A stretch of 64,000 bases of DNA, from the NCBI GenBank assembly GCA_965214615.1, contig OZ243952.1, forward strand, positions 2,445,734 through 2,509,733. Reading direction: 5' to 3'. The position numbers and the translations under genes were made by a program. Source of the stretch: Arenicellales bacterium. GTDB taxonomy: Bacteria; Pseudomonadota; Gammaproteobacteria; Arenicellales; JAJDZL01. This document shows, in pieces, positions 8,197 through 23,100 of the stretch (its first letter is position 1; every line of letters begins with the position of its first letter). The notes under the pieces were generated by a model. The model did not search any database. It saw nothing but the letters and a program-made list of their open reading frames with translations, and was not told the DNA's origin.

Positions 8197-11100
8197 GGTC
8201 AGTACGTCTATCCAGCTCATAGACTTTGATTCCCTGCCGGTATCGGCACAGTGGCCGTTCAATACTCTTTCGTGCCTATGCCGCGCTTGCGACCACGTGC
8301 CATTGCCGCACGTATCGCTCGCATGACCGAGAATCCCGCCATGATCTGCAGCGCTGTCTGAAAAAGCAATCCCGGCAAACGTCCCTTCAATTCCCTGTGT
8401 GCCGTCATGCTGAATTCGCGAGCCAATGCCGTCGATCACCTGCTCGGTAATTGTACGGCCGAACCGAGCCATCCACTCTTTGGTCGCTGTCTGAACATCT
8501 AAAATCGTTCCTGTCGCAGAACCACGATCCAGTCTTGTGTTTCTTGGGCTTGACAACTCCACACTGAACATTTCGGGAGGTTCACTGACAGCATCGTTCA
8601 TTGCGAAAACTTGAACCATTTTCCTGTCCTCGCCTTCACTGAACTCAATCGTCCCCGATACTTCTTCATAGTCGAGATTCGGCGTAGCTGTTTGCGGAAG
8701 GGTGTTCCACGTGATCGCCACATTCCCTGTAGAGGGTGCAGACAGCTCAACTGTAAATTCAAGAAATTCACCTTCGTCCGCTTCTGCATCCAAGATAGTC
8801 ATGGCGGGACCAGAGTCTTGCACAGATACTTGTACCGAATCTGCAGTCACCGAGGCATAGGAACCTGTACCTGCTACCGAGTGAGTTATCACAGCCTCTG
8901 CATCAGCGATATCATCATCCAGCTGCGGGACAACAGTCACCGTCTGCTCGCGGCTCCAGTTCTGCTCGGTAAAGGTTAAGGTGGCGGCGGGACCCGGTGT
9001 GCCGCCCGATGCATTGACCGCAACTGCAGACGGCAAATTGCTGGTCGCCGTAATCGTCACACTGGTGCCTGGGTCAGGCGCCTTTGTCAGCACCAAGGTA
9101 TATTCGCCGGCTGCCCCGCCTTCGACAAGCGCCATCGAAGTCTTAGAGACATCTACGCCAGCCACCGGACGGGCGCCGTCTATCAAAGCCAATACTCCTA
9201 ATTGCACGCCTAATGAATTGGTCGAATCGTCAAGAATCAGGACGATGGATTCATCGATCTCCGCTACATCGTCTGCCAGTGCCTTGACCTTGAATTTGAT
9301 CCTGCCATTGACCGGGGTTAGCGAATGATTTACGGCCAGTTCAGCATCATTGCCACTTAGCAATTTGAAGTCTGAACCCAGCGAAGCACTAGACGCCTGA
9401 CCAATCCTGAGTTTTAAACTGCTGTAGGCCGACTCGATACCGGACACCGTGTAAGCTAAAGTCTCGTCTTCGTAGATCGTGTCAAGTTCGGGCGTAATGG
9501 TAAAGTCATCATCAATAATATTTCCCGTAGCAACTGTTGCACCCTGCACCGATGACAAATTCGCATTCGACGGCTGAATTAAAGTTACGACGATTGTCTC
9601 TAGTCCTTCGTCAATCGTATCACCCTTTATTGGAATCGCGATGGTTGCGGTCTTCGTCCCTGGCGCGATTGACACCATCAATTGTGCCGGCTCCACATAG
9701 TCCGACGCCGCGCTTGCTGTACCGCTGAGCTGGTAATTCACAACGACCTCATTGACACTGACTGCATCCACCGAAACTTCAAATGTCATCTCCGTCGTTG
9801 TCTGAGGATCATCGCCTTCGCGCACTGACACTACATCGCCAACAGAAACCGACGGCGCCTCATCGTTGTCTGTGATCGTCCCGGTACCGTCAATAGTTGA
9901 CGCTGCGCCGAGGAACCCGGCATTGGCAGGGTTCGATAGCCGAAGGACTATTGTTTCATCTGATTCGTCGTTGCTGTCGGGTTTGACGGTGACTGTAATT
10001 TTCTTGGATTCTTCTCCGGGAGCGAATGTCAATTGACCTGAAGCGAACTGCTCGTAATCGGTACCCGCCGATGCAGTTCCCGTGCCGGTGTCGGCGAAAT
10101 CAACAGTGACCGTGCTGCTGCTTTGCGGAGCAAGTGTCACTGTAAATTCCAATGACTTGGCATCTTCGCCGTCACCCTCTTCCACTTGCGGATTGTCAAT
10201 AGAGATCATTGGCGACCCGTCATCGTCATCCACAGTGATATCCACGTTGTCAGCGCTCACATCTTCGTAGTCGGTATTCGCAGCACTGACTGTATGGGTG
10301 ATCGTAGTCACTCGCTTGTCCTCGGCGTTATCGACACTGTCTTGCACCGCCGTCACGATCACGGTCTGCGGTAAAAGCCAGTTGCTGGCAGTGAACTGAA
10401 CACTGTTTTTGTCCACTGTCGCTACATTCGTATTGCTGCTCGCGATATTCACCGCTACGGTGCCCGTGGGCTGGCTTTCGAGCTCAATGGTATATTGAGC
10501 CTGATTTTCCTTAGTGTTTTGAGTCCCGGCGTCATCGGCTTCGGACAGCTTAATGGCCGACTTTGAAATACTCACGCCTCGAACATCGTCGTCTTCGATC
10601 GTCAATGTCTTCGGAGACGGGCTATTGAGGCCGTTTCCGCCGCTGGCTACGGCCGAGACGGTGATTGTCTTGTCATCCGAGTCCACCTTGTTGTCAATCG
10701 AGGCAATCGTTACCGTGCCGGTGCTCGCTCGGCTGCCGGCTGCTATCGTCAGCGTGCTGCCTGCCAATTGGAAGTCGCTGCTCGTTGCCGGTGAATTCGC
10801 AGCTGCGCTCACCGTCAGGCTCACTTGCTGGCTCGATGCTCCGCTCATTGTCGCAGTCACGGTCGATACGCCGCTGGTCAAGCCTCCGTTTTCCTTGACT
10901 TTCAGGGGTGTCAATACCAGTGAGACAACCGGCGCACCATCGTCGTCGTTGACAGTCACCGCTATGCTTGGAACTGAAGTAATTGTCGAATAGTCAGTAC
11001 CGGTCGCACTCATGGTGTGCGTGATCTGCGTTGTTCGAGAATTGCCGGTATTGTCAATTTGATCTGCGACTGCCTGTACTGTTATCGTTCGCGCCCGATT

Positions 11101-14100
11101 CCAATTGCTTGCAGTGAACGTGACGCTGTTTTCGTCAATCGTTGCCACATTCGTATCAACAACCTTCAAGTTAATTGTGACAGAGCCGCCGGACGGTTCG
11201 CTGTCGAGTACGATTGTGTACGTGCTCTGATGTTCCAAGGCGCCGGAAGTTCCGGCGTTATCGGCCTCATCGATAACTATCGGATCTGCGGCAACGCTGA
11301 CTCCGCGCTCGTCGTCATCTTCAATGGTCAGTGTCAGACCGGCAGGGTTCAACACGCCGCCGCCGTTCGCCGCGCCAGACACCGCCACAGTCGCGTTCGG
11401 CGCATCCACGTCATTGTCGGCAGCGGTGATTGTCACTGTACCCGTACTGGTCGTAGTGCCGGCTGCAAATGTCAAAGTGGTTCCGCTTTGCGTCACAGGT
11501 GCGCCATCGGGAACAGAAACGACCACCTCCACTGCCGCACTGGCCTTGCCGGACAATGTTGCAGTGACCGTACTGGCGTTGTCACTTCCGCTCTCGTCGA
11601 TTGAATTTGCACTCAAATTCAAGGTGACCGTCGGAACGCCCTCGTCATCCGCGATGGTCAGCATCCGATCCGACGGGTCCGACACACCGCCTCCGGTCGC
11701 GGTGCCGGATACCGTCACAGACTTGTTCGGCGCATCCACATCATTGTCAACCGCCGCAATCGTCACCGCACCCGTACTGGCCGTGAAGCCAGCTGCAATC
11801 GTCAATGTTTTGTTCGTGCTCAACGTGAAATCCGACGACGAAGTATCGGTCCCGGCTGCCGCTGCCACCTCGACTGTAACAGCCTCGTGCGACTCGCCCG
11901 AAAGGGTCGCAGTCACCGTGCTCGAATTACTGCTGCCGGATTCGTTTATGGTTGTTGGATCGAGGATCAGCGCAACAGTCGGCGTTGTCTCATCATCTGT
12001 AATTGTCAGTGTCTGATCCGACGGATCGGATACCCCGCCTCCGGTCGCCGTAGCGGACACCGTCACAGACTTGTCCGGCGCATCCACATCATTGTCAACC
12101 GCTGCAATCGTCACCACACCCGTACTGGCCGTGGTGTCGGCTGCAATCGTCAATGTCTTGTTCGCGCTCAACGTGAAATCCGACGACGATGTATTGGTCC
12201 CTGCTGCCGCTGCCACAGTCACTGTCACTGCAGCGCTCGATTTACCCGAAAGGGTCGCGGTCACCGTACTTGTGCCACTGGTCGCGCCGCCGTTCTCGTC
12301 AATTGACGCGGGCGTCAGTTTCAGCGTTACCGCGGGCGTACCGTCGTCATCGTTGACAGTGACATCGACATTGCCGACCGTCTCAGCCGAATAGTCGGTG
12401 CCGCCGGCGCTGACCGTGTGCGTGATTTGCGTAGTCCTTTTGTTATTCGCGTTGTCGATGTCATCGTCAATCGCCGTAACCGTCACTGTCCGCTCCGATT
12501 CCCAGTTGCTCGCAGTGAATGCCAGGCTTGCCGGACTGACCGTGGCGATCGTGTTGGCGTCGCTTGACAGATTAATCGTCACCGTGCCGCCTGTCGGCTC
12601 GCTGTCGAGCACCACCGTATAAGTGTCCTGATGCTCGGAAGAACCCCCGTCGGCCTCTTCGACCGTGACTGCGCTCTTTGACACCGTCACACCGCGCTGA
12701 TCATCGTCGGTGATCGTCAGCGTCTCACTGTCCGGTGCAGCAATGCCGTTGCCGCCGGTCGCCGTTGCCGATACCGTAAAGGTCTTGTTTGCGGCATCGA
12801 TGTCGTTGTCCACCGCAGCAATCGTCACCGTCCCTGTACTGTCTCTGGAACCCGCCGCTATCGTCAGCGTCGTGCCGCTTTGCGTAATGTCGGCAGCCGC
12901 CGCCGAGCCAACCGGCGCAGCTGAAACCGTCAAAGTCACCGCCTCGCTCGACTCCCCGCCCATGGTCGCCGTTACCGTGGTCGTGCCAGTGCTTGATCCG
13001 CCATCCTCTTCAATCGACGCTGGTGTGAGCACCAGGCTGACCGTCGGCGTGCCGTCGTCATCGTTGACAGTGACATCGACGCTGTCGACTGTCTCATCCG
13101 AATAGTCGGTGCCACTGGCGCTAACCATGTGCGTGATTTGCGTAGTCCTTTCGTTGTCGGTGTTGTCGACGTCGTCGTCAACCGCCGTCACCGTCACTGT
13201 CTGCTCATCATCCCAGTTGCTCGCAGTGAATGCCAGGCTTGCCGGACTGACCGTGGCGATCGTGTTGGCGTCGCTTGACAGATTAATCGTCACCGTGCCG
13301 CCTGTCGGCTCGCTGTCGAGCACCACCGTATAGGTGTCCTGATGCTCTGAAGCGTCCCCGTCGGCCTCTTCGACCGTGACTGCGCTCTTTGACACCGTCA
13401 CACCGCGCTCATCATCGTCGGTAATCGTCAGCGTCTGATTGGCCGGGTCGGCAATGTCGTTGCCTCCGGTCGCCGTAGCCGACACCGTGAAGGTCTTGTT
13501 TGCGGCATCGATATCGTTGTCCACCGCCGCAATCGTCACCGTCCCTGTACTGGCTCTGTAACCCGCTGCTATCGTCAACGTCGTACCGCTTTGCGTAAGG
13601 TCAGAAGCCGACGCAGAGCCATCCGGCGCAGTTGAAACCGTCAAAGTCACCGCCTCGCTCGACTCCCCGCCCATGGTCGCCGTTACCGTGGTCGTGCCAG
13701 TGCTTGATCCGCCATCCTCTTCAATCGACGCTGGTGTGAGCACCAGCCTGACCACCGGCGTGCCGTCGTCATCGTTGACAGTGACATCGACGCTATCGAC
13801 TGTCTCAGACGAATAGTCGGTGCCACCGGCGCTAACTGTGTGCGTGATTTGCGTAGTCCTTTCGTTGTCGGTGTTGTCGACGTTGTCGTCAACCGCCGTC
13901 ACCGTCACTGTCTGCTCATCATCCCAGTTGCTCGCAGTGAATGCCAGGCTTGCCGGACTGACCGTGGCGATCGTGTTGGCGCCGCTTGCCGGATTGATGG
14001 TTACCGTGCCGCCTGTCGGCTCGCTGTCGAGCACCACCGTATAGGTGTCCTGATGCTCGGACGCGCCCCCGTCGGCCTCTTCGACCGTGACTGCGCTCTT

Positions 14101-17100
14101 TGACACCGTCACCCCGCGCTCATCATCGTCGATGATTGTCAGCGTCTGATTGGCCGGGTCGGCGATATCGTTGCCTCCGGTCGCCGTAGCCGACACCGTG
14201 AAGGTCTTGTTTGCGGCATCGATATCGTTGTCCACCGCCGCAATCGTCACCGTCTCGGTACTGCTTGTCGAACCAGCAGCGATCGTCAATGTCGTCCCGG
14301 TCTGCGTAAAGTCTGCGGCCACCGCAGGTGACACTGCTGTCGTGCTCACAGTCAATGTGACATCCTGGCTGGAAACACCGTCGAGACTTGCGGTGATCGA
14401 CGTCGATCCGCCATCCTCGCTGATTGAATCGTCTGAATCCGTTATGGCCAGACTCAGCGTAGGCTTATCGTTGTTATCGGTTATCGTAATCGTTGCAGCG
14501 GCAACGGTATCTATCGACGACAGGCTTCCTTCAACAGTGACCGTTTCGTCCGGCTCATCCACGCTGTCGACGGTAGGCGTCAGCGTGAAAGTCCCGCTAA
14601 CGCTTGCCTTGCCTGCAGGCAGCGTCAAAGTGACATCGGTAGCGCTATAGTCAGTGCCCTCGGTCGCAGAATCGTCCGTCGAGTTGCCGATGGTTATAGA
14701 GACTGTCTTGTCGTCAGCGAAACGGGTGTCACCGTCAATTTCCGCAGTCACTGTGACCGTGGTCGCCCCGGCATTTTCGGCAAGTTCAGTTTGCTCTCCG
14801 TCAGTGGCAGAGTCCGTGTCAACGGATAGTGTCAGGGCATCCGGCGCAGCATCATCGTCAGTGACCGTCACAGTCACACCTAAAGCTGTCTCGCCGTTGT
14901 AGTCGGTATTGGTCGCGGCGACCGAATGCGCGATGCTTGCAGTGCGCTCGCCGCCGGTATTGTCGATGTTGTCATCGACCGCAGTCACTTTCACCGACTT
15001 TGCGGTTTTCCAGTCGCTTGGGCCGAAAGAAAGACTTGCGGCACTGACGGTGGCAACCGAATTGTGCTCATTGTTGATGTTGACGGTCACTGCACCTGTC
15101 GGCTGACTGTTCAGTTTGACTTCGTAGCTTTTCTCATTCTCAGAAACGGCGGCCGTGTCCGGATTGTCGACTTCGTCCACTGTCAGCGCAACCGGAGTCA
15201 CGATGATCCCTCGTTCATCATCGTCAGTAATTGTCAACGTCTGATCATCGGGATCGTCGATGTCGTTGCCGCCGCTTGCCGTCGCTGAAATCGTAAATTC
15301 CTTGTTCGCGGTATCGATGTCGTTGTTCACTGATTCGATAGTCACCGGATCGCTCTGTATAGTGCCGGCCGCGATGGTCAGCGAATTGCCGCTTAGAGTC
15401 AGGTCGCCTGCCGCCGCGCCTGCACTTGGCGAAACCGACAAGGAAAGCGTTATGTCTTCGCTTGATTTTCCTGTAAGACTGGCCGTAATGGTGGTTGAAC
15501 CGCCACTTTCGCTGATGCTGGCGTCGGCCAGGCTCATACTGACTGTCGGCAGGACCTCGTCGTCATTCACTGTCACCGCGACGCTGCCTGCTGTTTCATG
15601 TTCGTAGTCTGTGTCGTCGGCATCGACCGTGTGCGTGATTGTGGTGGCACGTGAACCGCCGGTGTTGTCGATGTTGTCGTCGATGCCGGTCACAGTTACT
15701 GTTTGCGCTACATTCCAGGTGGTATCGGTGAAATTGAGGCTTACCGGGCTGACCGTTGCAATCGTTGTCGCCTCACTTTCTACCTCGATGGTTACCGCGC
15801 CGCCGGATGGCTCACTTGTAAGCATTACCGTGTAGGTCGCTTCATTCTCCTTAGCCGACGAGGTCAGCGCGTCATCCACTTCCGCCACCGAAACCCCAGC
15901 ACTCGCTGCCGAAACGACTACGCCACGCGCATCTTCATCGGCAATCGTCAGCGTCTGGCTGTTCGGGTCCGACACGCCGCCCCCGGTCGTCGTGCCCGAT
16001 ACCGTCACCTCCTTATCCGCTGCATCCACCTCGTTGTTCACAGCAGCGACTGTGACTGTTCCGGTGCTGGCGGTCTGGCCGGCAGCAATGGTCAGCGTTG
16101 TGTTGGCACTAAGCGTGAAATCCGAACTCACCGCACCCTCGCCGGCAGCCGCAGCGACCTCAATTGTGATAGCCTGGCTTGACTTGGACGACAATGCAGC
16201 CGTCACGGTACTTGTAGTGCCCTGACCGCTTTCGTTGATCGTGGTCGGGCTTAGCGATAGCGTCGCTGTCGGCGTGGCGTCATTGTCCTCGATGGTGATG
16301 GAGGTGCCCGTAATTTCAACACCGGCCAACTGGCCCTCGACACTCAGTTGCTCGTTTGGCTCATCAAGGTCGTCGTCGCTTACTGTAAAGGCAAATGTCG
16401 TGCTGGCACTGCCCATCTCCGCCGGAATCGTAATATTGAAGTTCGAAACCGAGTAGTCGGCGGGGTTCGTTGCGCCGTCGCCTTCCTTGCCGAACGTAAT
16501 TGCGACTGTCTGCGAAGTAGCAAAGCGAATGTCTCCGACAATGGCAACCGTAGCCCTCATGGTTGGACTTCCGGCACCTTCTCCGACTGTTCCCTGAACA
16601 CCGTCGTCACGGATGCTGGTATCAACCGTCACCGTCATCTCAGTCGGCGTTTCATCAACATCGGCAACCTCGATATCGACACTGGCAGCCGTCACCTTCA
16701 CGTAGTCCGGCTCAGTGGAGCGCACTGTGTGGGAGATAATCGCCGTTCGCTCATCGTCGGTGTTGTCGATGTCATCATCCACCGCAGTTACTGTGATCTC
16801 CTGCGCCGTGTCCCAATCGTCCTTATCGAACGTGATGCGCGCCGGCAGCACAGTTGCGACCGTTGTGTCATCGCTTCCAATGTCTATGGTCACTGTGCCG
16901 ATCGGTTCAGAATCCAATTCAATTTCATAGATCTTCTTGTTTTCCGTAGCCGCCGTATCGCCGTCATCGGCTTCATCAATTTCGATCTTGGTTGCCGATA
17001 TCGAAACCCCGCTCACATCATCGTCGGTAATCTCCAATTTCTCTGCAACCGGATCTTCAACGTGGAGTCTCATGTCTAAGCTTGCGGTTGTGGCTGTCGC

Positions 17101-20100
17101 TGAAACAGTCAATTCCTTATTCGGAGTGTCAATATCGTTATCCACCGCGGTGATGGATACTGTTTCGGTGCTCGCAAGCGAACCCGCTGCAATCGTCAGC
17201 GTGGTATTGGAGCTCAATGTGAAATCGCCTGCTACGGCCGGATCAACAGGCGTAACCGCGACCACCAGCGATATGTTTGCGCCTGAAGCTCTGTCCAGGC
17301 TTGCGGTCACCGTCGTCGACCCTGCGTTCTCACCGATTGCCGATGCGCCTAGAACCAAAGAAACGGTTGGCGTTCCTTCGTCGTCGATGATCGTGATCGT
17401 ATCCTCTACGATATTGAGTGACGGCGTGTCCAGACCGGTTCCGTCAACAGTGATCCTCTCGTTAGTTTCATCGACAGTGTCGTTGATCGGTGTCAGATTG
17501 AATCGCTTGGAGGCACTTTCGGCACCGGCAGGAATTGTGATGACAACGCCGGAAATCGTGTTGTAGTCAGTTCCTTCTGAAGCGGTGTCACCTGATTTGC
17601 CGACTGAGACGTCAATTCTCTGTGCGTCAGCAAAACGAGAACTACCGACAACTTTTGCGGTGACTTCGACTTCGGTCTGGCCGGCCGGTTCCCTGATCCT
17701 GCGTTGCTTGCCCGAACTGGTGACATTGGTGTCGACCTCGAGCTTTATCCTTCTTGGCGTTGCATCGTCATCGTTGACAGTGACACTGACGTCGTCAATT
17801 GTCTCACCCGCATAGTCTGTGCCGTCGGCACTTACTGCATGGGAAATCTTGGTCGTTTTTCGATCGTCGGTATTGTCAATGTTGTCATTCTTGCTGGTCA
17901 CAGTGAACGCCTGGGGTTGGTTCCAGTTGCCACTTGTAAACGTATGCATAACCGGTGTAACCACTGCCGCGGTCTCGTCTTCATTCGTCAAGCTCACTTT
18001 CACGGCGCCGGTAGGCTCGGAATCGAGGACGATGACGTAGATTCTCTCGTGTTCGTCAATAGTCGTCGAAGGGTTGTCGACTTCGTCCAAAACCAGCGTT
18101 GTTGAAGAGATAGTGATGCCCCGCGTGTCCTCATCCTGTACGGTCAATGTCAACGACTCAGGGCTGCCGACCCCGTGACCGCCGGTTGCCGATGCAGACA
18201 CCGTAAACTCCTTGTCGTCTGTATCGATATCATTGTCAACTGCCGAAATCGTGATCGAATTTGAATTTGTCGAGTTTGCGGGGATATTCAACATCGTGCC
18301 GGACAGGGTCAAATCGTTCTTCGATGCCCCACTTGAAGCCCTTACCGTCACCGACAGGGTTAGAGCCTCGCTCGACACGCCGCTAAGGCTCGCTGCCAGT
18401 TGCGATGAACCACCGTTCTCGCTGATGCTGCCATTCGTCAGGCTTAGCGTCACTGTCGGCGTGTCTTCATTATCAAGAATTTTGACCGATGCATCGGTTA
18501 CCGTGACCCCGGCAAGCGTTCCTTTGACACTGAGAACTTCGTCGACCTCGTCAATCGCATCGTCAGTCGGCGTCAAAGTGAATGACTCGGTAGCGCTCGC
18601 GGCACCTGCCGGGATAACAATTTCAAAATCCGCCACGTTTGCATAGTCTGTCGTCTCAGCAGCAGTATCGCCGCTATTGCCGACCTTGACCGCGACTGTC
18701 TCGCTTGTTGCAAAGCGTGTTGAACTGGTAATCGTCGCAGTGACATCTACCGTGGTTGCGGTTGCGCCCTCATTGATGCTGATCTGGCTGGCGTCGGCGC
18801 CCGAATTTGCGGATACGGTGATTTTCACCGCAGTTGGCTCCACGTCGTCGTCATTGACTGTGACGTTGACAGGGTCGGCTGATTCGTCCTTGTAGTCGGT
18901 GTCGGCGGCACTCACCGAGTTCGTGATGGTCGTGGTGCGACTGTTACCGGCGTTGTCGATGATGTCATCAACCGCGGTTACGACTACCGACTTTTCCGTA
19001 CTCCAATCTGAAGTGTCGAATGTGAGGCTGCTCGGAAGAACTGTTGCCACCTCGGAGTCTGCGCTCTGCGTATTGATGGTGACGGTGCCGCCTGACGGCT
19101 CGGAATTCAGACGGATCTTGTATGTTTTTTGGTGTTCGGCGGTGTTCTTCGTGCCTGCATTGTCCTTTTCCTCCATCGTAACGGTCGTTGGCGTCACGGT
19201 AATGCCCCGGGTGTCATCATCAGTGATGGTCAGTGGCAGCGACCCAGGATTTGCGACCCCGTGGCCGCCTTGCGCTGTTGCAGAAATCGTCAACTGCTTA
19301 TTCGCGGCATCGACGTTATTGTTAACGGCGGTCACCGAGACCTGGCCGGAACTTGATATTCCACCTGCCGCTATGGTCAGCGTCGTTGTTTCGCTCAAGG
19401 TAAAATCTCCGACAACCGCAGGAGATACCGGTGTTGCAGCCACTGTCAGGGTCACATCCTCACTTGACGTGCCGCTCAAATTAGCCATCACTCGGGAAGA
19501 CCCGCCGTTTTCGGCGATGGAGTTCGTCGAAAGGCTCAGCGTTACCGTCGGAGTGGCGTCGTTGTCTGTGATGGTGACAGCTGCCGGCGTAACAGAAACC
19601 CGTGACAGCGTTCCTTCTATGCTGATCGTCTCATCGATTTCATCGGTCGTGTCATTGGTCGGAGTCAGATTAAAAGACTCGGTCTTACTGGCGGCGCCCG
19701 CCGGAATTTTAATGATGAACCTGTCCACATTGGCGTAGTCGGTGCCTTCGGTCGCACTGTCACTGGATTTTCCCACGTCGACTGAAACATCCGTTTCGGT
19801 CGCAAAACGGGTTCGGCTCGTAATGGTTGCCGTGACCGCAATCGCCGTCTGTCCCGCAGCCTCACCAACCGAACTGACATCGACCGTCAATTTCATTGCG
19901 GTCGGTGGCACATCGTCGTCGTCAACGGTTACAGCAATACTATCAGCTTTTACATTCTCATAGTCGGTGCTTACTGCAATCACCTCGTGGGTAATCGTTG
20001 TTGTTCGTTCTTCATCCGTATTGTCGATATCGTCGTTGACCGAGGTAATCGTCACATCGCGTTCGACATTCCAAGTCGAATTGCTGAAAAACAGAGAATC

Positions 20101-23100
20101 CGGAGAGACCGTAGCGACTGTTTTGTCATTACTAGCGATGTTGATCCTAACGGACCCGCCGGTCGGCTCACTTGTCAGCACTACGTTGTATATTTTCTCG
20201 TTTTCCTTGCTGTCAGTCTGTGAAGCGTCCTCTTCTTTCAGGTCGCCAGCCGCGTCAATCGAAATATCCACGCCGCGCTCGTCGTCGTCGGTGATTGTCA
20301 ATATTTTCGACGAAGGCGCACTGACGCCGTTGCCGCCGCTTGCCGCGGCGGAAACTGTGACTTGCTTGTTCGCAGCATCAATATCATTGTCGATCGACGT
20401 AATCTGTACTGTTTCTGTGCTATCGGTTCCGCCTGCTGCAATGGTCAATATTTTGTTGTCAGTCAATGAGAAATCGCTGACCGATGCTCCAGTTCCAGTT
20501 TCAGGTACCGCCGCAACTGTAAGTTCCACGTCTTCGCTGGACTTGCCGCTCAGCGTCGCCGTGACCGTGGTTGTTTGGCCGTTCTCAGTTATAGTCGCAG
20601 CCGATAAATCCAGCGTCAATGTCGGCTTGCTTTCGTCGTCGTTAATCGTCACGGACGTCCCGGTAACGGTTACATCGGCCAAAGTTCCTTCAACACTGAA
20701 TTGCTCGCTCAGTTCGTGAAGATCATTGTCCTCAATCGTCAAGACAGTTTGACCGCTTGCGCTCGGCAAGCCCACTGGGATTGTGATATCCATGTCGACA
20801 ATTGTGTAATCCGAACCCTCTGTCGCACTATCTGCCGCCTTGCCGAACGAAACCGCGACCGTCTTGGGAACCGCAAATCGGGTATCGCCGGTGATCTTGG
20901 CAGTCACTCTGATGGTCGGCGTGACCCCGGGGCCTTCTGTCACGGCAGTCTGATTCCCGCCAGCGGATAAATTGGTATCCACCTCGATGGTCATCGCTGT
21001 CGGCGGATCGTCATCGTCTTCAACCGTGACTTCTACACGAGGCACTACCAGACCTTCATAGTCCGTGCCGGCACTCAGGGTATGGGTAATGTTGGCGATT
21101 CGCTTGTTATCGATGTTGTCAATATTGTCTGCTTTTGAGGTCACCGTGACGGTGCGCGCATTATTCCAGTTGCTGTTTGGAGCAATTGTGATACTGGTCG
21201 GACTGACTGTCGCTACTGACTCGTCACTGCTTTTCAGATTGACCGTCACCGTGCCCGTCGGTCGGCTGGTCAGATTGATTGTGTAGGTGCCCTCGTTCTC
21301 GGTTGTCGAGCTTGTCAAGCCGTCATCTTCTTCATCCAAATCAAATTCTGTTTTGGACACCATTACGCCGCGCACATCGTCGTTGACGATTTTCAGTTCC
21401 GCACTCGCCGGGGCTGCCACGCCGTTACCGCCGCTTGCCGTTGCCGAGACCGTAATTTTCTTGTCCGCGTCATGAATCTCATTGTCGACAGCGGTAATAG
21501 TGACCGTCCCTGTGCTATTCAGCGAATGCGCTGCAATCGTCAGAGTCTTGTTCGCGGTTATATTGAAAGCACCGGAATCCCCGTCATGCTCAGGTGACGC
21601 TGAAATTGCCAGCGTCACCGCCTGAGATGAAGTTCCGTTCATGCTCGCCGTGACGGTTGAACTTCCGCTGGTCGCACCTCCGTTTTCGTCGATGCTGGTC
21701 TCAGATAGTGTCAGCGATACAACCGGAGTGCCTTCATCATCATTCACAGTCACGGCAATATCGCTCGCCGGTACCGCCGAATAGTCGGTGCCTGTAGCGT
21801 TGACCGTATGGGTAATGGTGGTTTCTCTCTTATCTCCGTCGTTGTCGTCAGGGTCATCAACTGCGGTGATTGTTACAGTTTGCGGATCATCCCAGTCATC
21901 CGCATCGAACGTAAGGCTCGTCGCAGAGACTGTGGCAATGGTTGTATCGTCACTCGCCACATTGATTGTGACTTCTCCGGTCGGTTCGCTGAGCAGTACT
22001 ACCTCGTAGGTTTTTTGGTGTTCCTTGTCGGTGTTATCCTGAGTATCCGGGATATCCGCTTCATTCACAGTGACGCTTGATTCGGAGATGCGAATACCGC
22101 GCTCATCGTCATCTTCAATGGTCAAATCTACGTTTGCAGGATTGTCAACGTCATTGCCGCCCTCGGCGTTCGCAGAAACTGTGACGGTCTTGTTGTCCGT
22201 ATCGATATCGTTGTCTACCGTGGCAATTGTTACCGTTCCGGTACTGTCCGTCGTGCCTGCGGCAATGGTGAGCGTCACATTCTCACTGAGCGTGAAATCA
22301 TCATTGGATGCGCGTGTACCGGCCGCAGCAGCAACAGTCAGTGTCACATCCTCGCTGGACTTGCCGGTCAAATCGGCAGTTACGGTTACAGATTCGTCGG
22401 CTTCGGTGACATTGGATTTCGACAATTTCAATCGAACTGTCGGTTTCGTTTCATTGTCTTGAATCGTAATGGTTGTGCCGGCAACCGTGATCCCGTCCAG
22501 GCTGCCTTCAATACTGAACGTCTCGGAGTCCGGTTCGTCCAGGTCGTCGTCCACCACAGTCAAGGTGAAGTTTTCACTGGCACTTGCATCCCCTCTAGGG
22601 AGCTTGATGTTAAAATCTGCCGCGGTATAGTCTGCGGTCGCGGTCGCACTATCGCCATCGGCACCGAACGTAACCGCTACTGTCTTGTCATCGTCGAACC
22701 GAGTTTCGCCGTCAATGGCAACCGTCAGCCTTACGCTTGCGCTGCCGACATTTTCAGCCACTGTGTTCTGAATTCCGGATGAGTTCGTATTGGTGTCGAC
22801 CGTGATCGTCATCGCTGTCGGTTCGTCGTCGTCGTCTTCAACCGTGACTTTGATTTTTTCAGCAGTAACGCCGACATAGTCGTTGTCCTCTCCTTGTGCG
22901 CTCAGGGTGTGGGTAATGTTCGTTGTTCGCTTGTCTTCGTCGTTATCAATGTCGTCGTCCACCGCTGAGATGGTTACCGTCTGCGGCTCATCCCAGGTTG
23001 AAGTAGAAAATGTGAGAGTCTTTTCGTCCACTGTTGCTACAGATTCGCTTTCGCTTGCAACCGTAATTGATACACTCCCTATCGCCGGTTGACTGTTCAG

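Noticed and set aside
7045-8500. Type I secretion (RTX) signal at the C-terminus of the giant protein
   Set aside because: No GGxGxD nonapeptide repeats and no acidic unstructured C-terminal signal. Instead the end looks like an OMP-like strand pattern with a terminal Trp. No ABC/MFP/TolC genes are nearby.
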